Shown here in pieces: positions 1-11,789 of a stretch of DNA of 64,000 nucleotides (its first letter is position 1; each line of letters starts with the position of its first letter). The position numbers and the translations under genes are program-made. The notes below the pieces were generated by a model. That model worked only from the letters and a program-made list of their open reading frames with translations. It was not told where the DNA came from and ran no database searches. The stretch is from Trypanosoma brucei (Eukaryota), in assembly GCA_000002445.1 (NCBI GenBank), contig CM000208.1, positions 736,001-800,000 on the forward strand. Reading direction: 5' to 3'.

Positions 1-36
1 GGCATAGGGTGGCTTCGCCTGGTTTTTGTTTGGCTC

Positions 37-55
37 TGTGTGTGTGTGTGTGTGT
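37..55. repeat. (TG)n microsatellite
   Basis: Uninterrupted tgtgtg... run read directly in the sequence. Confidence 0.9.
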
Positions 56-187
56 TAGTGCCCAGGAAAGCACACAATTAGATTAGACTACAGGGAGGGT
101 GGGGGGACCCAAAGAAAGGGGAGTGTACAAAATCAAGAAGGGGACGCAATTTGAGACAAAAACAGTTGTATACAGGTACAGAACCCC

Positions 188-3100
188 ATGGCTGAGCCGC
201 CACCACCGCAACCACTACGTAAGGGTTTTTTTCGTGCTGATCCCCATGGCCTGCGGCCACCAGAGAGCCCTCGTGATGCTGAGGAGCCTGAAAACCATGA
301 CATTGTTGAGGATCCTCCACTCCCATCCAGTCGTAACTTGCCGCCTCCACGCTTGCGACCCATGGGTGGCGGACCACCATTGGCAGGGGCGGAAGCAGCG
401 GCAACTTCACATTCAAACAACCGGCCATCACCCGGGGAGGTCCCGCCGCTGCCGCGACCGGGGACTACGACTGCAGTCACATCGGCGCAATATAATAGTC
501 TGACTCCTCGGCAAGAACTTTTCAGCAGCCCACAAACAGCTGTCGAGGAAAATATTCCAGCTGGGTACGATAATCAAATGAACGTGACATCCAATGACTT
601 TTCTCATTCACAAGATACAGGGATAAAAAGAATCGGAGATGGTGCAACAGGCTCATCGGCGAAAACACGTTCCACGATTGCACATGCGCCAAGCGGTCGA
701 TTTTCTGAGGTAGTGCAGGAGCGACCCCCTATCGAATCTGTGGAGCAGCTATGTCAGCTCCAGACTCTAGCTCATCCAGTGGAGCGCTTTTTTGTTGAGT
801 ATCAACCCATGGCAACGCGTGGTTGCCGCAGTACCCAAGTACCCGTTGAGGAGGACGAAGCTCTGTTCAATCATCTCGCGGAGTACACGGATGATGATTC
901 TTTCTTTTCATCTGGTAGTGCTGTTCTTGAAGAAGACACACGTCGGCTCCAGAACGATCCGTTACGGGGCCGCGCTATTCGTTCTGTGTTCGAGACGCTC
1001 TCACTGCGCTCCCTCACAAAGGGTCGAATACCTTACGAATTGGAGGATCAGGAGCGCAGCAGTGCTCCCTGGTTGAAGCAAGTTCATCAACGGGCGATTG
1101 CACTTCATCATTCGTCATTCTTTATATTTCCTGCAGGTATGAAAGCTCGTGTAATTGCGTACAACATTCTACACCACTGGTTGACTGAAATGTTGCTTAT
1201 GTTAATCATCTTGGTATATTCCATGATGACAGCGGCCTGGTCCCGCGACACATGGCCCACATTGGAGAAACCGTCCTTCATGTTCTTCGCTGATGTTTTC
1301 TTCCTGTGTATCTACGCAATCGAATTTGTCGCACGGCTTTTTACTTCGGGCGCTGTTTCGCACTCCCGGGCATACTTTCGGTCGCCATGGCACTGTCTCG
1401 ACGCCGCAGTGCTTTTGCTGATGATATTGAACTGCACAAACCTCCAATCGATGTGGAATTTTTCGGCATTCCGTCTCATTCGTGTTTTGAAGTCGAGCAC
1501 ATACGTGCCTATTCCAATTAACATGAAGCTGCTGGCGAAGTCGCTTCTCCGTTCAACGTCCAATGTGGTGAAGGTGTCCACTATCCTTTTTTATGTGCTG
1601 TTGTTCTTCTCGCTCGTGGGCCTTCAGCTCTTCTCGGGAGTGCTCCAGCACCGCTGTGTTAGTCCAACCACGAAAAATGTAACAAATCAGTTGTGCCGCT
1701 TTAACCACAGTGAAAAAAATGAAAGTTATTACCACGGAGCTACGTGCCCCTCACCCCACTTATGCGTTGCCGACACATACGGAAATCCCCACCACGGCTA
1801 CCGCAGCTTTGACAGTGTGGGACACTCATTTTTATCGGCTTTCCAGATAATGACGTTTCAGGGCTGGACAAGCCTGCTGCAAGAGACATCAGACACTACA
1901 TCAGTAGCAGCTATTCTGTACTTTTTTTTGGCGATCCTGATCTGTGCGTGGATTATCCCTAGCTTATATTTGGGAGTCTTTATTGAAAAAATCGAGAAAA
2001 CGAGACGATTGTTTGTACAGAAACAACTGCAGCTATTTGACGGTATGCTACTGGAGCAGCGGCAACGATTGAATGAGGCAATCAAGCTTCGTGATTTTGT
2101 CGAACGCGATGAAAGTGGAAAATTACGCCGACATCCAATCGAACTCATCCGGTCTGCTTCACGGAGGATTCAGAGGTCGAAACTCTCGAACAGCCAAACA
2201 AGCATCGCAACTGAGTCAGAGTCGGGAGAACCCGCAGTCGTGGTGAAAAAACCCATTGGGGACACAACAAAAGGTCGATCTCGCTGGACAGACGAGCAGC
2301 GTGTTCAACTCCACCTTTCGCTCACACGACAACGTGATATTGCCAGTGGGGGTGAACGCAGACGACGTGTGGTGATCAAAAATGATGGTGAGATAAGCGG
2401 GGGAACTGCTGGCCTCCATTCGCAACGGAAGGGATCGGAGTCAATAGGGGAGCGGGCGATGATGGTGACGGGGGATTTTGCGCTTGGAGGCCGCGTTGGC
2501 GTGGTCCAGCACCATCCGCTCACTCACACTATTGGTGCAGCTCACGGCACGGACCTTCCCCTGGCAGTTCGTCTAGATAACGAGGAAGAACAGTTGAGGT
2601 TCCTCAAAGATTATCAAAACCCGATAGACAATGACATAATGAGGCGGACTAACACTTTCGAGGACACAAACGGAAACTTACATCCCTCTTTCGTGCTCAC
2701 CTCAACGCAGCGAAGGGGTGGAAGCTTCGATGAGGCATCCAACACAATTCGAACAACCACGGAAGCTGCTGGTGTCATTCCAAGCCGTCACTCAGCCACA
2801 CTGAATGGTCATAATACTAGTAGGATGGACTCCAACGGGAGTTTAGATGAACCTACATCAAAGACCCAAACCGTATCGAAACGCGGGTCCCCAATGCCGC
2901 GTTTGTCCTCCGGTCAGGTACCCGAAGTTATTATCCACGACCCCGAAGGCGGTGACTTCCGATTCGCTGAAACGCGTTCACAGAAGTGGGGAATTGTACG
3001 TAATATCTTGCACATGTTCACCGAAGGGTATCCTCGCATTATTACGCAGTATATCCGTGAACATCGTCGGATGCAGCGACGGTTTGGTCTCACACCCCTC

Positions 3101-6100
3101 AATTACGTGAATAAGTACGAAGATGACGTGCTTCGGAAACTGCGGCAGCGGCGTGTGCTTCAAGTAAAGGAACCAGGTGCACCGTCACAAACTTCGCGCG
3201 CAAGCGGTGACGAGGAACTTGTCGAAGTGAATGGAAATAAGGTTATCCTAACCGACAGCGATGATATTGGAGACCTGTCACCGATTCAAATGGCTACCAA
3301 TATTGTTAGAAATGTACCTGTAACGCCTTTCGGTGCCGTGATGCTGGTTATTGTCATCGTCAACGGCATTTTCAACGCAACGCGGTATTTTCAGCAACCA
3401 GAATATTGGGAAACTGCCCTTTTTGTCCTTGGTATTATTTTTACGTCATTTTTCGTGCTGGAGATTGTTGTCCGTGTCATAGGACTCGGGCTCGTTTCAT
3501 TTTTACTGGATTTCAACAATCTGTTGGATGTTACTGTTACAATTCTCGGGTTCGTGGAGCTCGCCTACGCACGGTCAAACGTCGTTACAGTGCTAAACTG
3601 GGTGAGGCTTCTGCGCCTATTTCGCACTTTGCCATTTGCACCTATGCGGCGGGTGTCACGAGTGCTGTTACTGGGTTTCGCAGACATGTTGTATGCGTTG
3701 TTCTTCTTCAGTATCTACATGTTTATGTGGATTCTCATCGGCATGAGTTTCTTCGGCGGTCCCAATGGCATGGTGGATCATACGTTCCAGGATTACTACA
3801 CGCGTGGAAATTTTGACACATTTTCTGGTGCTTCATTTGCTGTGTCGCAGGCATTCTCATATACTCGTGAGGAATGGGTGTACCTGACGTGGAACGGCAT
3901 GCAATCTCGTGGTGAGTACACCGTTCTTTATTTCATGGCCGTCGTCGGTGTGGCTTTTATTGCCCGCTACTTCTTCGTCGCCGTGTTCGCGTGGGCATGG
4001 CAGAGCGAGGAAGAGGAGGAAGAAAACTACGCAGCAATCGCTAAAGGTGGTTCAGGTGGCCGACGGGAAGTTACCCGACTGCGTTGGTTTGACTTTACTG
4101 TGTGGCGCTCGTTCAAGCACATACATGGAGGGTTCGAGAGGCGAGATGTTGCACCGGATGAAGTGTTTCATTTGAACGAAGATATGCGCAAACAACTTCG
4201 CATTGCGGAAGCAAAGGAACGGTTCACCAAAGAGGCCCTCGCGCAGACCGACTTGGCCATGAGTCAACGCCGGATGGGGTCTCCGATGGCCAGCCCTTCT
4301 GCAACCATGGGATATAATACAGACGGCTACGCACCGGCGGCGCAGGTTGGCACAGCTCCTAGATATGTTAACGTTGGTGGGCAACTGCAGCGTCACATAA
4401 ACCCATCAGTTGACTTTGTTGATGCGCAGGTTCCACCCCTTAACGCGCCCATATCCCAGTTTCAAGCTGAGAATGCGCAACTCCGGTTCGCCCGTCGGTA
4501 TAGCACCGTTCCCGCCTCGGTGTACACTCCTGTAATACAAGATGATGGTATTGATAGACCATCCCCTTCAGCCCGTTCAAGCCCGTCGGATGCGGGGGAG
4601 CGGAGCGGGGAGCTTGGTGGGGAAAGTCAGCAAAATGGCCAAGAGGAGGGAGACGGTCAATATTCTCCGAGGGGGGTGTCACCTAATGGAACGGGAGGGA
4701 GAGCGACTTCGACGGGCCTGCAACGAAAATCAAGTGTCCTTGGGCGTTTTCCCAGGTTGGGGTACGATCGAGCTGCAGGTAAGAAAGACGGAGGGTCAAG
4801 AAGTGTAAGCGCCTCCGCCATGCAACAGACGGGTGACGGTAACGAGTTGAGGGGAGACTACGTTAACGAGGGAGAGGTCAACGGTGGCAGCATGGTGTAC
4901 GAACACATTCTGTACCCTGGGCCGCGGTTACGCTACAAACACGTAATGCGAAACCAATACGTGCGGGTGTTTGAGCGTTGCTTAGATTGTAATACCTATC
5001 AACAGATGCCCTTGCGGGCCCCGCCGAATGTCCAACAACGAACACCGGAAGAATTACATGCTGAACACTGTCACATGGCTGCTGTGCGGAGTTCGCGTCA
5101 ACTGGTATTGAATGCCATAATGGGTTATGTTCGCTTGCAGAAAGATATTAATCAACCACCGACGCGTGATGCAGTTGAAACGGTACTTGGACAAGCTTGG
5201 AGTTGTGGAATGTTGCTGTTCGAAACAATCGAGTATCTCTCCTGTAGTGATATAGAGCAGCGGGAGTATCGAACGTGGGATCGCACACTGGAGGCGTTGC
5301 AATTGCAACAATGGTTGATAGGTCTGCATGTGGGCGAAGAACAAGTTGGTCGTGCAACCCTAGCCTACACATTGGCCCACCGAAAGAGGGAGAAACTCGC
5401 CGTGGAACACAAGTCGTTTGAGCTTTCGTGGCGTCAGCGTTCTTTCTTTTTCATATCTCCTTCGAACCCGGTGCGTCGTTTGTCAACGAGAATTATACAG
5501 TCACGATGGTTCGACATTTTTATTCTCACTGTTATATTCATTGCGTCATTTTGCCTATGTTTCCACATTCCCGGAAAGGCTAACGACCCAGAAACGGGTT
5601 TCGTTGTGCTACGTGCCTTTGACGGAATCTTCACCTGTATATTTTTGGTGGAGATGATAATGAAGTGGATCAGCATGGGTGTAATTCTCTTCAGACCGGA
5701 GGCATACTTCTGGCACTGGTGGAACGTTTTTGATTTCGTTATTGTCATTGTGTCGCTGATCGGATTGGCAGACCAACACAGCGCCCTCCGCTCCATCAAG
5801 GTTTTGCGTTGTTTTCGGATACTTATCCCTATGCGGGTGTCCAACTTCAATAGAAGTCTTTCCAAGATCTCGTCAGCCTTACTTGATTGTCTGCCGACAG
5901 TAGCGAACATTCTTCTGCTGTTTTTTATCAATTACTTTGTGTGGGCTGTGCTGGCAGTACGGCTTCTAAATGGCCTCACCCACTCTTGCAGTGATCCGTC
6001 CTTCGTCGACATTACGGCCTGCGAAGACGCCAAACATGAATGGTTGCCCAAAGTGCGTAATTTTGACTCTTTCTTCCAAAGTTTGCTGACAATGATAGAG

Positions 6101-8269
6101 GTCAGCGTGGGGTCGAAGTGGCTGGATGTTATTTACACGGGTGTAAATGGTCGAACGTCTGAACATGCGCCTATGGATGACCATTACCTTGCAAGGGGAT
6201 TCTTCTTCATCGTATACTATTATGTCTCCCACCTCATTTTGTTCTCACTGTTTACTGCGTCTATGATTTACAGCTATCTGTTAACCAAAAATGCAGCTGA
6301 GGGAGTATTGGGGATCACGTTTGAGCACCAGCTTTGGATTCGCATGCAACGTATGACACTGCAACTCAAGCCACGTGTAAAGCTTGTTCCTTTGTGCAAC
6401 CACGTGTCACAGTTTTTGCACAATGTTGTCATCCGCCCCATATTTGAGGTAGTGGGTGCGAGTGTACTTCTTCTCAACATTCTTACCATGGCATTGCACT
6501 GGTATGGCGAGACTAAATCGAAGGCAAGCGTGTTAGCTGCCTTTCAATATGTGTGGATGTTTTACTTTACCGTCGAGGCGGCCATGAAGATTGGAGCCCA
6601 CGGAATGCGGGCGTTCTCCCGGTGGGCGTTTTCTTTTGACTTCTTCGTGTTACTATTGTCCTTTATTGGGTTAATAGTGGATGCGGCAAGTAGCGAGGGT
6701 ATGCCGTTTAACGTGAACGTACTTCGTATGCTGCGGCTAGGTCGCTTCTTCTCCGCTGCAAAGGTTTTTAAGCCGATGAGGAAGCAGTTTTCATTACTGC
6801 ATGAAGTGCTGATTCGTTCGGCAGTTTCCCTTGCCAACGTGACGCTTATATTGTTTCTAGGGGTGTTCGTCTTCACGGTACTTGGTCTTCACCTCGTTGG
6901 AGGTGTTCCTGTAGGGGAAGGTGGTTACTTTGACGACCGGTACACAAATTTCAACAATTTTGGTAATTCGCTGATGATGACGTTTCGCCTCACCACTTTG
7001 GAGAACTGGAGCCCGTCGCTTCGGGAAGGTATGAATGTCACACGCAAATGCACTGAAGATGATTGCAGCGTGAACTATGGGTCGGCGTTTTACTGTCTTC
7101 TGCTACTTGTTTTCCTCGGGTTAATTGTTCTCAGTTTTTACATGGCGGTGATTGTGGATCATTACGTTACAGCTGCACGCATGAACACGAGCATAACACG
7201 TATTGAAGACCTGCGGAGGTTCCGTGATCTGTGGTCCGAGTTCGATCCCAATGGAGCACTCGTGCTGCACACACACGAACTCCCAAAACTTCTCGAATCT
7301 CTGAGACCACCCCTTGGTCTTACCTCCAGGCATAATCGTGTCGAGCTTCTTAGATTACTGCGAGAGTATGACATTCCAAATCACCGTGGGAAAGTTCACT
7401 ACCACGAGGTGCTTCTGCCGTTGGCTCGCAGGGTCCTGGCAATGGCCTTCAGCAGAGATACGATGGATTACAGGACAACGTTTGACACATTATGGCGCCA
7501 CTCCGAGAAGTCGCTCCGTGCACTGCCAACAGTGCTTGGTAAGCGCTCCCACGCAACCGCCGCGCAGCATTTTGCTGCGAGCTATGTGCAGGCGGTATGC
7601 CGAAGGAAGAAAGCTTGTCGAGAGGTGCAGAGGGTACGATCTGAACTTTGGCACGAGGGTCGTGCTGTTTGTGACGAGCTCGGTTTGCCCTATGCGGATT
7701 ACGGCTTTGGGAACCTTTTACTGGAGGGTCCGGATCCTATGCGAGATCTTGTGCCACGCAGTGCCTCTGCAGCGAGCTCTGGTGGAAAAGGCACCCGAAA
7801 AGGTGCCAGTGAAGCGGAGAACGCCGCCTCTTCCCCACTGTGGCGGGCAGGCCAGGCCGAATCGCCGTCGAGTCCAAGGAGTGAGGGAGAAACGATTGAC
7901 GGCAGGGCCCCTGCCGCCCGCCTTCCCGGCGCGTACCAACCGGCGATAGAAGAACGTGAGAAACGGTTTGGCCCCGATGTTCCGAACGCTCTTCGACGCC
8001 ACGAAACACGCTCGGAAAAACTTAGACGCAAGGATGAGGAGCGGATGCTGCAATCCACTCCCGATGATGCGGTGTCTTCACCAGTATCCAACGTGCGCTC
8101 GAATTCGCAGCGAGTTAACGTGGGCGAATACCAGCCACCACTAGGAACAGATCCCACCAGTTGGCTTGGTAGCAATGTAAACCGTGGGTCAACCGTAGGT
8201 GGACCAACGACAGAATCTCGCACGAGTAGCGTTATGCCTGCTCCACAGGGACCTACAGCACCAGAGTAG
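188..8269 (+). CDS. Voltage-gated Ca2+/cation channel-like protein of 2693 aa with four homologous 6-TM repeats. It has a long Pro-rich N-terminus and large cytoplasmic loops.
   Basis: The ORF begins with a true ATG at 188. It carries four hydrophobic repeat blocks, each with an arginine-spaced S4-like segment: RLIRVLKSS, RLLRLFRTLPFAPMRR, KVLRCFRILIPMRV and RMLRLGRFFSAAKVFKPMRK. Pore-loop motifs are TFQGWT, TREEW, IEVSVGSKW and TLENW. Its position immediately upstream of enolase matches my memory of the putative flagellar calcium channel Tb927.10.2880 in T. brucei (unverified). Confidence 0.88.
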   Translation: MAEPPPPQPLRKGFFRADPHGLRPPESPRDAEEPENHDIVEDPPLPSSRNLPPPRLRPMGGGPPLAGAEAAATSHSNNRPSPGEVPPLPRPGTTTAVTSAQYNSLTPRQELFSSPQTAVEENIPAGYDNQMNVTSNDFSHSQDTGIKRIGDGATGSSAKTRSTIAHAPSGRFSEVVQERPPIESVEQLCQLQTLAHPVERFFVEYQPMATRGCRSTQVPVEEDEALFNHLAEYTDDDSFFSSGSAVLEEDTRRLQNDPLRGRAIRSVFETLSLRSLTKGRIPYELEDQERSSAPWLKQVHQRAIALHHSSFFIFPAGMKARVIAYNILHHWLTEMLLMLIILVYSMMTAAWSRDTWPTLEKPSFMFFADVFFLCIYAIEFVARLFTSGAVSHSRAYFRSPWHCLDAAVLLLMILNCTNLQSMWNFSAFRLIRVLKSSTYVPIPINMKLLAKSLLRSTSNVVKVSTILFYVLLFFSLVGLQLFSGVLQHRCVSPTTKNVTNQLCRFNHSEKNESYYHGATCPSPHLCVADTYGNPHHGYRSFDSVGHSFLSAFQIMTFQGWTSLLQETSDTTSVAAILYFFLAILICAWIIPSLYLGVFIEKIEKTRRLFVQKQLQLFDGMLLEQRQRLNEAIKLRDFVERDESGKLRRHPIELIRSASRRIQRSKLSNSQTSIATESESGEPAVVVKKPIGDTTKGRSRWTDEQRVQLHLSLTRQRDIASGGERRRRVVIKNDGEISGGTAGLHSQRKGSESIGERAMMVTGDFALGGRVGVVQHHPLTHTIGAAHGTDLPLAVRLDNEEEQLRFLKDYQNPIDNDIMRRTNTFEDTNGNLHPSFVLTSTQRRGGSFDEASNTIRTTTEAAGVIPSRHSATLNGHNTSRMDSNGSLDEPTSKTQTVSKRGSPMPRLSSGQVPEVIIHDPEGGDFRFAETRSQKWGIVRNILHMFTEGYPRIITQYIREHRRMQRRFGLTPLNYVNKYEDDVLRKLRQRRVLQVKEPGAPSQTSRASGDEELVEVNGNKVILTDSDDIGDLSPIQMATNIVRNVPVTPFGAVMLVIVIVNGIFNATRYFQQPEYWETALFVLGIIFTSFFVLEIVVRVIGLGLVSFLLDFNNLLDVTVTILGFVELAYARSNVVTVLNWVRLLRLFRTLPFAPMRRVSRVLLLGFADMLYALFFFSIYMFMWILIGMSFFGGPNGMVDHTFQDYYTRGNFDTFSGASFAVSQAFSYTREEWVYLTWNGMQSRGEYTVLYFMAVVGVAFIARYFFVAVFAWAWQSEEEEEENYAAIAKGGSGGRREVTRLRWFDFTVWRSFKHIHGGFERRDVAPDEVFHLNEDMRKQLRIAEAKERFTKEALAQTDLAMSQRRMGSPMASPSATMGYNTDGYAPAAQVGTAPRYVNVGGQLQRHINPSVDFVDAQVPPLNAPISQFQAENAQLRFARRYSTVPASVYTPVIQDDGIDRPSPSARSSPSDAGERSGELGGESQQNGQEEGDGQYSPRGVSPNGTGGRATSTGLQRKSSVLGRFPRLGYDRAAGKKDGGSRSVSASAMQQTGDGNELRGDYVNEGEVNGGSMVYEHILYPGPRLRYKHVMRNQYVRVFERCLDCNTYQQMPLRAPPNVQQRTPEELHAEHCHMAAVRSSRQLVLNAIMGYVRLQKDINQPPTRDAVETVLGQAWSCGMLLFETIEYLSCSDIEQREYRTWDRTLEALQLQQWLIGLHVGEEQVGRATLAYTLAHRKREKLAVEHKSFELSWRQRSFFFISPSNPVRRLSTRIIQSRWFDIFILTVIFIASFCLCFHIPGKANDPETGFVVLRAFDGIFTCIFLVEMIMKWISMGVILFRPEAYFWHWWNVFDFVIVIVSLIGLADQHSALRSIKVLRCFRILIPMRVSNFNRSLSKISSALLDCLPTVANILLLFFINYFVWAVLAVRLLNGLTHSCSDPSFVDITACEDAKHEWLPKVRNFDSFFQSLLTMIEVSVGSKWLDVIYTGVNGRTSEHAPMDDHYLARGFFFIVYYYVSHLILFSLFTASMIYSYLLTKNAAEGVLGITFEHQLWIRMQRMTLQLKPRVKLVPLCNHVSQFLHNVVIRPIFEVVGASVLLLNILTMALHWYGETKSKASVLAAFQYVWMFYFTVEAAMKIGAHGMRAFSRWAFSFDFFVLLLSFIGLIVDAASSEGMPFNVNVLRMLRLGRFFSAAKVFKPMRKQFSLLHEVLIRSAVSLANVTLILFLGVFVFTVLGLHLVGGVPVGEGGYFDDRYTNFNNFGNSLMMTFRLTTLENWSPSLREGMNVTRKCTEDDCSVNYGSAFYCLLLLVFLGLIVLSFYMAVIVDHYVTAARMNTSITRIEDLRRFRDLWSEFDPNGALVLHTHELPKLLESLRPPLGLTSRHNRVELLRLLREYDIPNHRGKVHYHEVLLPLARRVLAMAFSRDTMDYRTTFDTLWRHSEKSLRALPTVLGKRSHATAAQHFAASYVQAVCRRKKACREVQRVRSELWHEGRAVCDELGLPYADYGFGNLLLEGPDPMRDLVPRSASAASSGGKGTRKGASEAENAASSPLWRAGQAESPSSPRSEGETIDGRAPAARLPGAYQPAIEEREKRFGPDVPNALRRHETRSEKLRRKDEERMLQSTPDDAVSSPVSNVRSNSQRVNVGEYQPPLGTDPTSWLGSNVNRGSTVGGPTTESRTSSVMPAPQGPTAPE

Positions 8270-9270
8270 CACCGATATTATCCAAAGCTTATGCGTGAAA
8301 AAAAAATGTGAGGTGAAGACATGCAATCTTGCTCGGGTGAAGCACCCCCATTATATATATATGCCCACATGTGTATAACCATCCGTTCACAAGCCCAGTT
8401 TCGATGTATATGTTACCCCCCATGTCACTTTTTTTTAAAATGTATACACACTCCTTGTTATGGACACAATTTACAACTAGAGGAAAACGATTTACGGGGA
8501 CCATGATAAGTGACGTTGTATAGAGTGCGATCGAAGTTGTCTCGTTACTGATGAAAACAATAATATTTGTGTGCGAGAAAACAACAAAACTATGGCGGTC
8601 AAAGCCCACATATAATAGAAAAGAATATAAAAAGCAAATGAATTCCCCTTTCCCCACCAAAAACCAAAATTGCAAGCAGAAAAATGTGGAATAACGAACT
8701 TAACAATATGTTTCTTGATGTATCGCTATGTTGTGCGGTTAGATGTCGTGTGTGATGTCACTAGTTAGAGAAATATTAAATTCTCTTCTTCTTATTTCTC
8801 GAGTTTAATAAAGTTTCTCACTATATAGGGTTTAGTCTTGTAACTGTTTTATTTGTTGAGGTGTTTTGCTTGTGAATAACATTATTATTTACTTATTAGG
8901 GGCTGGAGAGTACGGAATCGATGGATATACACTCCGTTATTTGCTTAGTTTGGGATAAATAATTCGTGTGTTCTGCACTTTTGTTTCCACTAGGCGGCAG
9001 AGGAGAGGCACACCGCTCCAGAGACTCTCTGTGAAATTTCTTTGGTGTAGCATTAGGGGAGTACCCTTTCAAATGCCCAACCGCTACGGGCGCTCGACCA
9101 CGGCTGTAGGTGACCGCTGCACACCCATCTGATCGTTTCCTACTGTCGTTTGAATGACATCGCCCGATATTTTTTAGTTTCCCACATATCTTGGTTGCAG
9201 TAAATACATTGCATAAATTTGCGAAACTGTGGTCTTTTTACGGCTATCTTATATCGTCGTTGTGGAGGTG

Positions 9271-9333
9271 CTCCGCCCTTCTGCCTGTCTTCAGCTAACA
9301 CGCGATCTTTTATAATCCTTCTTATCCTATGCC
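9271..9333 (+). promoter_or_regulatory. Polypyrimidine tract and likely trans-splice acceptor region upstream of enolase
   Basis: CT-rich run (ctccgcccttctgcctgtcttcagc ... cgatcttttataatccttcttatcctatgcc) about 90-150 nt upstream of the ATG. This is typical of trypanosomatid SL-addition signals. Confidence 0.5.
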
Positions 9334-9388
9334 ATAGATCTGCGATTTTAACTGTAAACAGCAAGCTTAACAGCACAATATTATATAA

Positions 9389-10705
<1,317 letters not shown>

Positions 10706-11530
10706 CGGTTATGGAAGCACTTCGCACTAAGTGACTCTTTTAAGCACTCCACAGGCCGTCTTGTGCACCTGCAGTATCATATATTCTATTTGCCAGGTGT
10801 CAAGTTGTAGGGGGTGAGTGGGTGCGGGAGTTTTTTCATTTGTTTGCTTGGGTGGTGAGAAAGGGAATATTATCTTTTTATCTTTTTGTTTTTTCTTCTC
10901 GTAACTTTTCATGGATACGAAGGTAAGCCCGTGAAATGTAATACAGGTAATCTGAATGTAATACGGGTCAAATGAAAAATGGATAGTGAAATAAAAGGTG
11001 ATTTACAAAAATAGGCTTTTATGTGAACGTTTTTGTAACTGATAAGGTTATGGTATTTATTGAATGTGTTGCTTGTTTTTTTTTAGTTGTCGCCAACACT
11101 TTTTTTTTGTTGCAGGTATCAGTAAGCAATAACTTTTTTCCAGTGTATTTTAATTTTATTTCCAATTTTTTTCTAAATTTGTTTAATACATCTCGTTATT
11201 GTTGTCTTCCTCTTTATATACTCGTATATTCATATATACATATATATATATACATCCCTTTTTCGTATATGTTCTGTGCTAGTAACGTGAATACCTTACG
11301 TTTCCCTCACTTTTTGATCCCTTTTTTTTGTTCGGATATTGCTATGGATTGCATAAATTTGTGAAACTGTGCTTGGGCCGGGTAGTACTTCTAGGTTTTA
11401 CTATTTTTTGTTGTTTCTGAGTCAAGGTATAACGATTATTGAGGATAGGGCCACAGGTACGTGCAGTTCCTGCTGTGAATAAAAGTTCATTTTTTAAGCG
11501 CGGGAAGAAACTGCTATAGGCGGTGGTGTG

Positions 11531-11600
11531 CTATTTATATATTTATTTTATCCATCCTGGCCGCTTGCCGATCTTCGTTATCATTTGCCCTCTTCGCTAT
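11531..11600 (+). promoter_or_regulatory. Polypyrimidine tract upstream of the importin beta gene
   Basis: Pyrimidine-rich run (ctatttatatatttattttatccatcctggccgcttgccgatcttcgttatcatttgccctcttcgc) about 200 nt upstream of the ATG at 11790. Confidence 0.45.
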
Positions 11601-11789
11601 AAAAGCAAGTGTGGTCTGTGGAAGGAATCTGAAATTATTGGCTTGTGTGCTAAGTAATTTCTCACACACAAGCATACCATTAACATTGCAACACTGCGCA
11701 GTGTGTAGTAAGACTTTAAGAGGCAGGGGGAGGGAAGCAACGACAGCAAAAACAAGTTCAGGAAATAAGAGGTAAGTTGTGGGCAACTG

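Noticed and set aside
99-503. Many ORFs in the supplied track begin with M where the DNA has GTG or TTG. Examples are 99, 39760, 42609, 49207, 56081, 58940 and the minus-strand ORF at 63837.
   Set aside because: The track evidently uses alternative start codons. For a eukaryotic nuclear genome only ATG starts are credible, so I re-set starts to the first sensible ATG or down-weighted the ORF.
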